DNA of 64,000 nucleotides from Prorocentrum cordatum (Eukaryota): NCBI GenBank assembly GCA_963575745.1, contig CAUYUJ010000234.1, positions 1 to 64,000 of the forward strand, read 5' to 3'. Shown piece by piece: positions 54,771 to 64,000 of this stretch (position 1 is its first letter; each line of letters starts with the position of its first letter). The notes under the pieces were generated by a model. It saw only the letters and a program-made list of their open reading frames with translations, ran no database searches and was not told where the DNA came from. The position numbers and the translations under genes were made by a program.

Positions 54771-57242
54771 GAGCGCCCTTCGCGCCAGGCACGACGCACG
54801 CGGCGAAGGGGCCGACCTCAGTGCTGAGGTCGCCCAGGCGCCGCACCCACGCGCGCGGCTGGCGCGGGGCCCCGAGCGGCGCCCCTGGGCGCGCTCCTAA
54901 CCCGAGTGGGCGCCACTGTCGCGGGCGCCGAACGGGGGCGGCACGCAGGGCTGCACAGGCCACCGTCGGAGGAGGGTTGCACGGCGAAGCGCGGGTCTCG
55001 GGGTCTCGGGGGCCGTCGCGCCGCGGCAGTGCTTACGCCGACTTCTCGCCCTCAGCCTCCGACCCCTGGCCCCTGGACGCCCCGCCTCCCTCGCCCGACC
55101 TGCTCGCGCGCCCCCCCTCTGACGCTCGCCGGGCCTGGCGCCCCCGCGGCTACGCGCGGGGGGGGGGCGGCGAGGCAGGCCCGGCCGAGGGCCCGCGCCC
55201 CCCGCGCAGCCCACCGCGGGACACAGGGCAGGCCACGCAGGACGATCACCGAGCTCGGCAGCGGCTGTCACCCCATGCCGAAGCTGGCCGCCAGGGCCGG
55301 CCACGGCTCGCGTTCGCAGCATCGCCATCGGGCGAGCGCACAGCGCCGCGCGCGGGGAGCCAGCACAGCGCGCGGCTGGACCACGAAGCAGGAGGCCAAC
55401 ACTCCCGAGGCGCCACGTGGGCAGGGCAACAGGGCGAGGTCGGCGGCCCACGGCCCCCGCGCAGCCCGCCCCCGGCCTCGATGAGGATCGAGCGGGATGT
55501 CCGTCGTTCACGCTCGAGTCGTCCGGCAGCGCAGGCGCCTGTCGACGCCATGGCGAATCGCCGCCCACACTCGCAGCGCCGCAGGAGGGCCGCGCGCGGG
55601 GGGCCAACCCAGCGCGCGGCGGAACGGCGGTGAGCGCCCCCGACGACGCCCGCGGCACCAGGGCGAGGGGCAGGTCAGCGGGGCGCCGCGGGCGCTCGGG
55701 CGGAGACGCCAGCGCCCCGCGGCCGAGGGAGGAGGCGTCGAGGAGCTCCGTAGCCGCCGACGCCTCCCCTCGGGCGCCAGCCCCTGGCACGAGACAGGTG
55801 GCGGCGCCGCGGAGGGTCACCAAGCAAGAAATCAAGCGGGGGGAGTTGATCCGGATCTCGCAGGTCCTGCCATCCGCGGGCGCGGCCGAGGTGCACGAGG
55901 TGGCGGGCGAGTTCGGGGCGGCGCAGCACGTCGCATTCTTGCTCGACGCCAGGCACAAGAGGGGGCCTCTGGCCCCATCGGGGCCCACGAAGCATCGCCG
56001 CGCGTCTGCAGCGCTCGAGGCCGTGAACGACGAGAACCGCTTCTTCCCGGAGAACAGGGGCCCGCCAGCGAGGTGCCACTGAGGTTCGGCGCCCCGGAGC
56101 CCTGACGGCGGGCCCGACGGGGAGGGCCCTCGCCGGCTTACGGGCCCCGTGCGCCGGCCCTGCGAGGGCGCGGCGCCGATTGCGATGCGCTGGGCGACCG
56201 TCGCGCACAAGCGAGGCGCCCCGTGGTCATGCGCGCGGCGCCCCGCCTGCGGGAACAACGCGGGCCCGCTGAAGTGGCGCTGCAGGGCGCGCGACAGGTC
56301 GACGCGCGCGGCCCGCCGCGCAGACGCCGAGTCTGCTGCAGGAGACGACTCGGAGCGGAGCGATGGCAATCCAAGCCCTCGCGAGGGCTCGCCGCGCTCC
56401 CCGAGCCAGCCGCCCAGCCCGCGCGAGGGCCGCGCGGGCGGGGGCGGCCCTTCGCGTTCCCCGAGCGGGCCCCCGCCCAGCCCGCGCCCGGGTCGCGCGG
56501 GCGGGGCCTCCGCCGCCGCTGCCGGCTCGGGCAGAGGCCGGGCGCGCGCCAGTGCCCCCCCCCCCGAGCAGGACGAGGAGGCCGGACGGCCGCCTGCGAG
56601 CCCCCCGGGGGTGGGGGGGCCGAGCAGGAGAAGCGTCGCCGGCGCGCCGGGCAGAGGGCCGAGCCCGAGGGCAAGGGGGCCACCAGCAAGGCGAAGGGCA
56701 CGGACTTCTGCAATGGCAAAGGGGGGCTCGAAGTGCTCCATGGACAAGGGCAGGCAAGCGCTACGAGGACGGCCAGGGCGGCCAGAACGGCAAGGACCGT
56801 CGGGCCGACTGGGACGGCAAGGGCAGCAATTGCGGCAAGGGCCGCCGTGCTGACGGGGGCGGCAAGGGCGGCCCGCTGAGCGAGGGCCCACGCGACGCGT
56901 CGCTCTAAGTCCGAGGCCGCCTTCTTTCTTGCATCGCCTCTGCGATGCCCGCCCGCGCCTCGCAGGCGCGGCCGACGGGGTGGCCCCGCGGGCTGCGTCG
57001 CGCAGCCGCGGGGGGGGGGCCCAGCCAGGGCGGCTTGGCGCCGCGCCCAGGGGGGGCCCGAGGATGGGGCTAGTAGCGCCGCCCGCTCGCGCGCTCTGCG
57101 GGCTGCGTCTGCGTTTCTCTTCTCGGCGTTGGCCGGGCGGCCGCGAGCGCGCCAAAACGCGCCCGCGCGCATGCGCGAGCATGGCGCACGCGCGGGTGCG
57201 GACGCAAGGCTTTGCCAAGAGAGCGCCACCTTTTGTTTTTTC

Positions 57243-57382
<140 letters not shown>

Positions 57383-57521
57383 CTCTGCTGCCTCCTTCCT
57401 CTTCCTCCTTCTCCTCCTCCTCCCCCTCCTCCCCCTCTTCCTCCTCCTGTGCAGTTTTCAGAACGGGAAGCAATGAGCGAAAAGAGAGCGTCCGCACGGC
57501 GACCTTTGTCTGCCGCCGCCC

Positions 57522-57986
57522 TTGCTCAAGCTGGCACCCCTCAGACCTCGGGGAGAGGACCAGCGCACGCAGGCCGCTGCTCGCGCGGCGGTGGCGGAGC
57601 TGGCCCGGGGGCTGTCCACAGGGGTGGTGTTGCGGGCATCCTCAGCGCCCTGCCCGCCCTGCAGCTGCGCACCCGCTTTGAGCTGCCCTGCCTGTCCCGA
57701 CTGCCACCTCGAGTGCGGCCCGGGCAGCATCGTCAGCTCTCCTCGGCAGGTGCCGGTCTACTTCGTGCTCTTCTCCTACGTGCTGGCGGCCCTCGTGGGC
57801 GGCCTCTTCGGCTTCATCGGCGGGGCGCTTTGGTGCCCAGGGCTGTCCGCGGCCGGGCGGGGCCCGGCTCCCGCTGCGCAGCGGGGCAGCGGGGCGCGCA
57901 CCGTGGCCGCGGCGACGTCAGGTGGGGAGGAGCTGCAGCTGGCGACGGAGGCGCGGGAGCAGCTCGCCCTGCTACGACGTCGTTAG
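57522..57986 (+). CDS. Small Cys-rich single-pass membrane protein at the 5' end of a probable DIRS-like element
   Basis: CPPCSCAPALSCPACPDCHLEC followed by hydrophobic VYFVLFSYVLAALVGGLFGFIGGALW. The stop lies 1 nt before the next ATG; the start is uncertain. Confidence 0.5.
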   Translation: MLKLAPLRPRGEDQRTQAAARAAVAELARGLSTGVVLRASSAPCPPCSCAPALSCPACPDCHLECGPGSIVSSPRQVPVYFVLFSYVLAALVGGLFGFIGGALWCPGLSAAGRGPAPAAQRGSGARTVAAATSGGEELQLATEAREQLALLRRR

Positions 57987-57987
57987 T

Positions 57988-60179
57988 ATGGCGGTGGCGG
58001 CTGCGGCCGCTGCGGCGCCTGCGGGCGCGCCTCACCAGCTCATCGGCAGCCGCGGCCTGAACGAGGGCGACTTCATCCTGCTGCTGCACAGCGTTGCGGG
58101 ACGCCGCATATGGCACGAACGGATGGTCGTCTACCTCCCGCCGGGGGGCGTCACCGCGATGACGACGCTGACCCCGGACGACGACTCGTATGAGGAGGAC
58201 GTCGCCCCTGGTGGGGACGTGCTGCGCTGGGGGCGCCTCCCCAACGGCATCATCGGCGGCGCGGCTGGCTTCGTGGCAGGGGACCGCGCGTGCCGCTTCC
58301 GCCACCCTCCGATGCCGGCCGCCGCTGGCGCCCTTCGTGATGCTGCTGCCCTGCGGCTCGGCTTTCCTGCCCCTGGCCTCCGGCTGGCGCCCAACGCTGG
58401 TGCCGCCCGCGGCGTGGCGCCTGCTCCCGCCCCAGACGGCGGTGGAGCGGCGCCTGGCGCGCCTGGGGGCGGAGGCTTGGCTGGGCCGGTAGCGGCCCTG
58501 GGCGGCCCGGGTGCTGGCCCCGCGGCGGCTGCCGGCGCTCTGGTACCTGGTGGCGGGGCGCTGCCTGCGGCTGGAGGCGCGGCGCCTGCGGCGGGCGCCC
58601 CCGCTGGCGCGGCTGCAGCTGGCGCCTTGGTGCCAGCGGCCCCAGCACCAGCGGTGCCTCCAGCGCCCCCGGCGCTCCTTGCGGCTGCCGCCCCCGCTGG
58701 AGCCGCGCCCGCCTTGCCCGACATCGGGGGAGCCTCTGGGCTGCCGGTGGGCTCGCCAGGCGACGCTCGCATCCTCGGCATCACCACCGATGCTCGCGGG
58801 CAGAGGTACAAGGACTTCAGGGGCGCGGTCAACGGTATGACGCAGAACACCTACCCTGACTGGCCTATCAGAGGGCCGAGGACGGCCTGGTGGGTGTGCC
58901 GCTTCATGCTGGCCAGTTAACGGGGGCTCCCCTTTGGCTCGGCGTAGCCGCTGTCGCACGGTCTGTCTCTCGGGCGCCTCGGACCAGGGAGTCCCCGAGC
59001 ACGAGCAGGCGCGCCGCTTGCTGGAGACCTCGGCGCGCCACGACCAGGTCAACGTTCCAGACGTGGCGGCGGCGGAGCTGGCCGCCCGGAGCTTGCAGCT
59101 CATCGAGGAGAAGTACAGGGATCGGTTGTCCGGGAACGCCCACACGGAGGCGGCCGACAGCCATCTCTACTATGGCACGGACATGGTGAGAGGAAATTGC
59201 TGTGTCTGCCCATTGCTGCAGGAGTGGATCAGCGCTGAGTTGGGCAGGGAGTGCGCTGCGTTGACAGAGCGCCGGAAGGCCCGGGAGGAGAGGCTGCTCG
59301 CTCGACCGAAGGGCGGGCCTAAGAAGCCCGGCGATCCCAAGGGCCCCGGCGCCGACAATGCCTGACTACACCTTCGGCGGCTCAGGGGGCGCCGCCGATG
59401 CCGAAAAGTCCACCCGTGAGCTTTGGCGGCAGCGTGACATTCCGCCCCTCCCTTCTGTCCTCAGACGACCCCGGGCGGCGCCGACAGGGCGAGAGGTCCG
59501 CAGCACCGTCCGCCGTCGCAGAATGGCCACTGCCTCACTTGACTGGGCAGATGATGCGGTTCAGAGTTTAAATGATCTGTATGGATGCCCGACGGTCTTG
59601 GCTGGCCCACCTGGGGCTTTCGTTGGTCGTCCTGCCGATGCCGACCCGCCTGGCCTTTATCTTCCCTCTCCTTCCTCCTCTCCTGCTAACGCTGGCCAGG
59701 CTCAGGCTCTAGAGCACATCACCAGTCGGTGCGTCCAGGTTGGGCCCCCGCCAGGTGACTTTTCGCATGGCAAGGAAGCCCTCAGCGAGCTTCTTGCCGG
59801 GTCCTCGGCTTATTCCTCCGACCAGGGCCCCCGCCGCCCGTTTGTCAAGGACCTCGCGTCCTGGCCTGAGCTTGGAGCGAAGCCGATTCCTTTGGCAGAA
59901 GCTCTGAGCCCAGCCGATCGATTGCGGCTCGGCGGCTGGCGCGATAATTTGCTGAGAACTGAGCAGGAGGCCGCCATCTTACAGCTGGAGGCCTGCCCGC
60001 ACTGTGTTTTTGTTGATAGCGCGCTGAAGCAGCAGCCCTCCACCTATGCAGAGTTTCTCCTGCGTCTTTTTCAGTGTGGAATGCTTAGGTGGGAGGTGGC
60101 AGCCGGGCGTAATGGGAAACTGAGATGTTTTTTGTTCCAACCCTCCTGCGTTGGGTACTCGTTTTTCCCCATATCCTAA
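57988..60179 (+). pseudogene. 5' portion of a probable DIRS-like retroelement: gag-like ORF (57988-59365, broken near 58920) and start of pol (59358-~60140), truncated
   Basis: WHER, TPD.D.Y.E, WPIRGPRT, DQVN...AE...R.LQLIE and ERRKAREER are motifs I recall from repeat-derived dinoflagellate proteins. The overlapping second ORF ends near an FFV motif, where RT would begin. Confidence 0.55.
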
Positions 60180-60277
60180 GATGGGGTTATTGTTATTACT
60201 TGGACGCCTCCTACTCCTCCTCCTCATCCTCCTCCTCCTCCTTCCTCTTCCTCTTTTCTCCTCCCCTCCTGTCGGAC

Positions 60278-60430
60278 ATACTCAGACTTGCTCATACACA
60301 GACTTACTCATACTCAGACTTACTCATACTCAGACCTACTCATGCTCAGACTTACTCACACTCAGACATACTCATATACAGACTTACTCATACACAGACT
60401 TACTCATACACAGTATTAGTCATACCCAGA
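60278..60430. repeat. ~16-bp tandem repeat (CATACWCAGACTTACT)
   Basis: About nine degenerate copies are visible. Confidence 0.9.
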
Positions 60431-60438
60431 CGTACACA

Positions 60439-61046
60439 TCAGCACCCCTAAGGGGGGCCGCCAGGGGTGGTTGCACGGGCTCGTTCGCGGCCATTTTGTG
60501 GGGAGGTCTCAGGCGGTTTGCCTGTTTCTGTGCCCAACATCCTTCGCTTTCGGAGCAGATTTGGAGGATGTCTCGAGCGGGGCGCTCATTTCAGCACCCC
60601 TAAGGGGAGCCGCCAGGGGTGGTTGCACGGGCTCGTTCGCTGCCATTTTGTGGGGATGTCTCAGGCGGTTTGCCTGTTTCTGTGCCCAACATCCTTCGCT
60701 TTCGGAGCAGATTTGGAGGATGTCTCGAGCGAGGCGCTCATTTCAGCACCCCTAAGGGGAGCCGCCAGGGGTGGTTGCACGGGCTCGTTCGCGGCCATTG
60801 TGTGGGGATGTCTCAGGCGGTTTGCCTGTTTCTGTGCCCAACATCTTTCGCTTTCGGAGCAGATTTGGAGGATGTCTCGAGCGAGGCGCTCATTTCAGCA
60901 CCCCTAAGGGGAGCCGCCAGGGGTGGTTGCACGGGCTCGTTCGCGGCCATTTTGCGGGGATGTCTCAGGCGGTTTGCCTGCTTCTGTGCCCGACATCCTT
61001 CGCTTTCGGAGCAGATTTGGAGGATGTCTCGAGCGAGGCGCTCAGT
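60439..61046. repeat. 152-bp tandem repeat, four copies
   Basis: TCAGCACCCCTAAGGGG starts at 60439, 60591, 60743 and 60895; the units are nearly identical. Confidence 0.95.
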
Positions 61047-61139
61047 TTCACACCCCAGGTGGGCCAGATTTTGAGGATGTCTCGATCGGTTTGCTAGTTT
61101 TGGTGGCCAGGCTCGTGGGCGCAGATTCTTCTCAGGGTG

Positions 61140-61400
61140 CCACAGGAGGCTCCAACAGGCTCCAGGAGGCTCCAGGAGACCACATGAGGTCCCAGGAGGC
61201 ATCAGGAGGCAACAGCAAGATTCAAGAGCCCACAGGATTCCCCAAGAGGCTCCAGGAGGCCCCAGGAAGCTCCAGAAGGCTTCAGGAAACCACAGGAGAC
61301 CCCAGGAGACAACAGGAAGCGCCAGGAGGCCTCGGAAGGCAACAGGAGGCCCCGAGAGGCCCCAGGAGCAGGAGGCCTCAGAAGGCAACAGGAGTGGCTC
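61140..61400. repeat. Degenerate ~10-bp repeat (CCAGGAGGCY)
   Basis: Directly visible. Confidence 0.8.
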
Positions 61401-61620
61401 CAATCCCATGTGTTTTACGTATGCTCCTATCGATTGGGCCTCACCTGGAGCACGATTCTTTGATGTTCTACGCATGTTTCTATAGATGGTCCTTCTCCTG
61501 TGTACACAATCCTAAATGTTTTACTCATGTTCCTATGTATTGGGCCTCTCCTGGGGCACGAGTCCTTGGTGTTTTACGCGTGTTCCTATAGATTGCCCTT
61601 CTCCTGTGGCTCTAATCCCC

Positions 61621-61642
61621 TCCGTAGCCATTTTGGCTCAAG
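61621..61642 (+). other. Complete dinoflagellate spliced leader (DinoSL) at the 5' end of a LINE
   Basis: Exact TCCGTAGCCATTTTGGCTCAAG. It is followed by AC rather than a GT donor, so it is not an SL RNA gene. Confidence 0.95.
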
Positions 61643-61769
61643 ACCCAATGCTTGGGGGGCTGCAAGCCTCCTGGCAAACACGGGATAGCTCTGTTTCCCG
61701 AGCTCGACCTTCAGCGGCGCGCGCGGCTCCCCTCGTTTTGGCACTTATAACACTGAGTGTGTCTCGGCC

Positions 61770-62744
61770 ATGGCACCCCAGTGGCAGTGCGTTTGTGGTG
61801 AGTACCACGCCGCCGACCGCACTCGGTGCTCGAAGGCGGGGTGCGGAGGAATGCGACCTCGCTTCCCTCGCGGAGCAGGGCAGCCCTGGCACCAGCCGCG
61901 GCAGCTCCGTCAGCCTCCGTCTCGGGGCAAGTGGGCCGACGCACCGCCGAGCAACCAGTGGGGGCACAACGGCAAGCTCTTCAAGGGTAAGAGTGCTGGC
62001 GGAGACAAGAGTTCCTCTGGCACCACCCTCAGTGCGGAGGAGGTCAAGGTCTGGGCCACCTTCACGCAGGAGACGTGGGACGCGACAAAGCACACCCTCA
62101 CGCAGTCCTCGCGGGGCAAGGTGGATGCTGCTCGCCGTGCCCATGCTCTCGGCCTGGTGGGGAAGTCGGCGCCCCAGAAGGTGGACGGGCTGGCTCGACA
62201 GCTGGCAGACGCTCAGGATCGGCTTAAGCGTGAAACTGAGGTGGCTCGCAAGGCGCTGGAGCAGGTGCACGCCTCCAAGGAGACCATCGCGCAGCTGCAG
62301 CAAGAGCTCGCGGAGGCCAAGCGCGAGGCAGCCGCGCTCTACGGCGGAGGCATCAGCCCTGACGCAATCAAGGAGAAGCTCGGCTCGCTCAACACCGACG
62401 GAGTCTCAGGCCAGGACCTCCTCGAGCAGCTGTCCAAGATGGTCAACGAGCTCGCTGAGGAGGCGAAGGCAGCTCGCCCGCAGGGAGGCGCGCCCGCTGC
62501 TGCAGGTGGAGCAGCGCCTGGCCCCGAGCCAGCTCCAACTCAGCCTGGCGGAGCAGGGGCCGCAGGGGCGCCAGCAGCGGGGGCCGCGCCTGCCGAGAGC
62601 GGCGTCGACTTCGACGACTTCCTGGGCGAAGAAGACCCTGGGGGGCTTCTTGGCGGCTGCGGCGACGACGACGAGCAGCGCAAGAGGATCCGCGATGCCC
62701 TGGAGGTCCTGCGCTCTGTCAAGAAGCCGCGGACCTCAGGGTAG
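61770..62744 (+). CDS. LINE ORF1: N-terminal RanBP2-like zinc finger and coiled coil, 324 aa
   Basis: WQCVCGEYH.....RCSKAGCG; heptads in LARQLADAQDRLKRE...IAQLQQELAEAKRE. Confidence 0.8.
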   Translation: MAPQWQCVCGEYHAADRTRCSKAGCGGMRPRFPRGAGQPWHQPRQLRQPPSRGKWADAPPSNQWGHNGKLFKGKSAGGDKSSSGTTLSAEEVKVWATFTQETWDATKHTLTQSSRGKVDAARRAHALGLVGKSAPQKVDGLARQLADAQDRLKRETEVARKALEQVHASKETIAQLQQELAEAKREAAALYGGGISPDAIKEKLGSLNTDGVSGQDLLEQLSKMVNELAEEAKAARPQGGAPAAAGGAAPGPEPAPTQPGGAGAAGAPAAGAAPAESGVDFDDFLGEEDPGGLLGGCGDDDEQRKRIRDALEVLRSVKKPRTSG

Positions 62745-64000
62745 CTACCCTAGCGGGCGATGGTGGACAGCTCTCTCCATCAACGCCAACGCTTATAGCA
62801 GGTTCGAGAGCATCCTCGGCTACGAGAGCCTCAGGAGCTGCGACCTCATCGCAGTCCAGGAGACGCACCTGTCCCAGGAGAGGTGCTACGAGGTCACCGG
62901 CAAGCTGCAGAGGCTGGGATGGCATGCGGTGGCCACCCCTGCTACCGACGTCTTTGCGGGACACGCAGGGCACGGTGGTCTCCTGCAGTTGGCTCCGAGG
63001 TCTTCGGGCCTTGGCGAGTTCGAGGCGGGGCAGCCGACAGTGCTCACGCCAGGCCGCGCGGCAGTCGCGCATGTGGCGGGTCCCTTTCCTGGGGGCCTGG
63101 CATGGATCAACGTCTACTTGAAGGTTGGCGAAGGCCTCTCGGCCTACAACCTCGGCATCCTCGACGGCATCGCGATGGCGATTCGGGCCATCGGCAAGCC
63201 CTTCGTGATCGCGGGGGACTTCAATATGGAGCCTCACGAGCTGCAGTGCTCAGGCTTCCTTGAGCGCGTCGGAGGCAGAGTGGTATCACCAACGGACGGC
63301 ACCATCAGGCCGTCTGGCAGAGTGATCGACTACTTCGTCATCTCTCACGTGATCTCCGAAGCTCGTGCAGAGATCAAGCTTGGATGGGACATTGCGCCCC
63401 ACTTCCCTGTTGAGCTCAAGTTCAACGCCAGCTCTGTCAACAGGTACATGCAGGTCATGAAGGTGCCGAAGAAGTTCCCGTACCCTTTACCCAAGGCGTG
63501 CTGCACCGAGGACCACTCCCAGAGGTGGGCGGTGGCGCGCGGCCGTATGGCGGTGTCCCCCTCGCTGGACGACATGTGGCAGATCTTTATCCATTGCGCG
63601 GAGCGGTACCTGCTGGATGCCATTGGCCTCAAGCACGCGCACTACGAGTTCGCTGGACGAGAGCGGCGCCCCTGGCTGGCAAGGGTCAAAGCGCTGAAAC
63701 CAACGGCGCCCAGGCTGCCGAGGGTGGCCATCACCGCGTCGTGGTGCAAGAGCGTGGCCATCGCGCTCAAGGATGCCGCTCAGACTGACCTCGAGCTGAA
63801 AAGGCACACGGCGCTGAAGGCGCTCGATCGCTTGTGCAGTGCGCAGCCTGATTTCGAGTCCGACACCAGGCAGGAGACGACGCAGGCCCACATCACTTTG
63901 CTGGGCTTTGCGCAGGCGGCGCAGTCCATGGATCTGCCCCAGCTGCAGGTAGCGAGCTTCATCGCCGCCACCATGGCGGACAAGCTGGTGCAGCGGGACG
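62695..64000 (+). CDS. LINE ORF2 N-terminus, APE-type endonuclease (partial, open to the window end)
   Basis: Frame +1 from ATG 62695 gives LSINAN, IAVQETH, INVY, IAGDFN, RVIDYF and APHFPV. It is absent from the supplied ORF track, presumably because it has no stop inside the window. Confidence 0.9.
   Translation, partial: MPWRSCALSRSRGPQGSYPSGRWWTALSINANAYSRFESILGYESLRSCDLIAVQETHLSQERCYEVTGKLQRLGWHAVATPATDVFAGHAGHGGLLQLAPRSSGLGEFEAGQPTVLTPGRAAVAHVAGPFPGGLAWINVYLKVGEGLSAYNLGILDGIAMAIRAIGKPFVIAGDFNMEPHELQCSGFLERVGGRVVSPTDGTIRPSGRVIDYFVISHVISEARAEIKLGWDIAPHFPVELKFNASSVNRYMQVMKVPKKFPYPLPKACCTEDHSQRWAVARGRMAVSPSLDDMWQIFIHCAERYLLDAIGLKHAHYEFAGRERRPWLARVKALKPTAPRLPRVAITASWCKSVAIALKDAAQTDLELKRHTALKALDRLCSAQPDFESDTRQETTQAHITLLGFAQAAQSMDLPQLQVASFIAATMADKLVQRD

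Larger units (their letters stand above)
61621..64000 (+). mobile_element. 5' part of a second LINE family (SL, 5' UTR, ORF1, ORF2 with APE); continues beyond the window
   Basis: Two overlapping intact ORFs downstream of the SL. Confidence 0.85.

Noticed and set aside
60439..61046. 152-bp repeat as a CRISPR or RNA gene array
   Set aside because: Whole units are repeated without spacers, and there are no tRNA, 5S or SL RNA features.
61621..61700. SL RNA gene
   Set aside because: The leader is followed by AC rather than a GT donor and leads directly into LINE ORF1.

Overview
This is eukaryotic, GC-rich, transposon-dense DNA, almost certainly from a dinoflagellate: there is an exact dinoflagellate spliced leader (DinoSL) at 61621-61642 and a predicted GC-AG intron. 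The genus is not determined. No housekeeping genes are recognisable. From left to right: (1) a decayed LINE reverse transcriptase (RT). (2) Two head-to-tail copies of an unusually large non-LTR retrotransposon (APE endonuclease-RT-CCHC-RNase H), each flanked by (CT)n tracts. The ~18.6 kb copy has ORF1 plus about 9.5 kb of extra, interrupted coding sequence that includes an ADP-ribosyltransferase-like domain, and a nested 2 kb retro-insertion with a 9-bp target-site duplication (TSD). The second copy is 5'-truncated but its pol ORF is intact. (3) A ~10.1 kb unit bounded by 24-bp terminal inverted repeats (TIRs) and flanked by (TA)n. It holds fold-back palindrome arrays, an SF3-helicase/papain-like protease fusion, a Merlin/IS1595-type transposase preceded by a relict spliced leader, a perfect hairpin, and an ORF resembling thymidine-hypermodification transferases. 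This is the best candidate for an undescribed system. (4) An intron-containing CMC/EnSpm-like transposase and a probable multi-exon neighbour gene. (5) Decayed DIRS-type remnants. (6) Tandem repeats. (7) The 5' end of a LINE that begins with a spliced leader and runs off the window. All domain calls were made by eye from motifs; no database searches were run.
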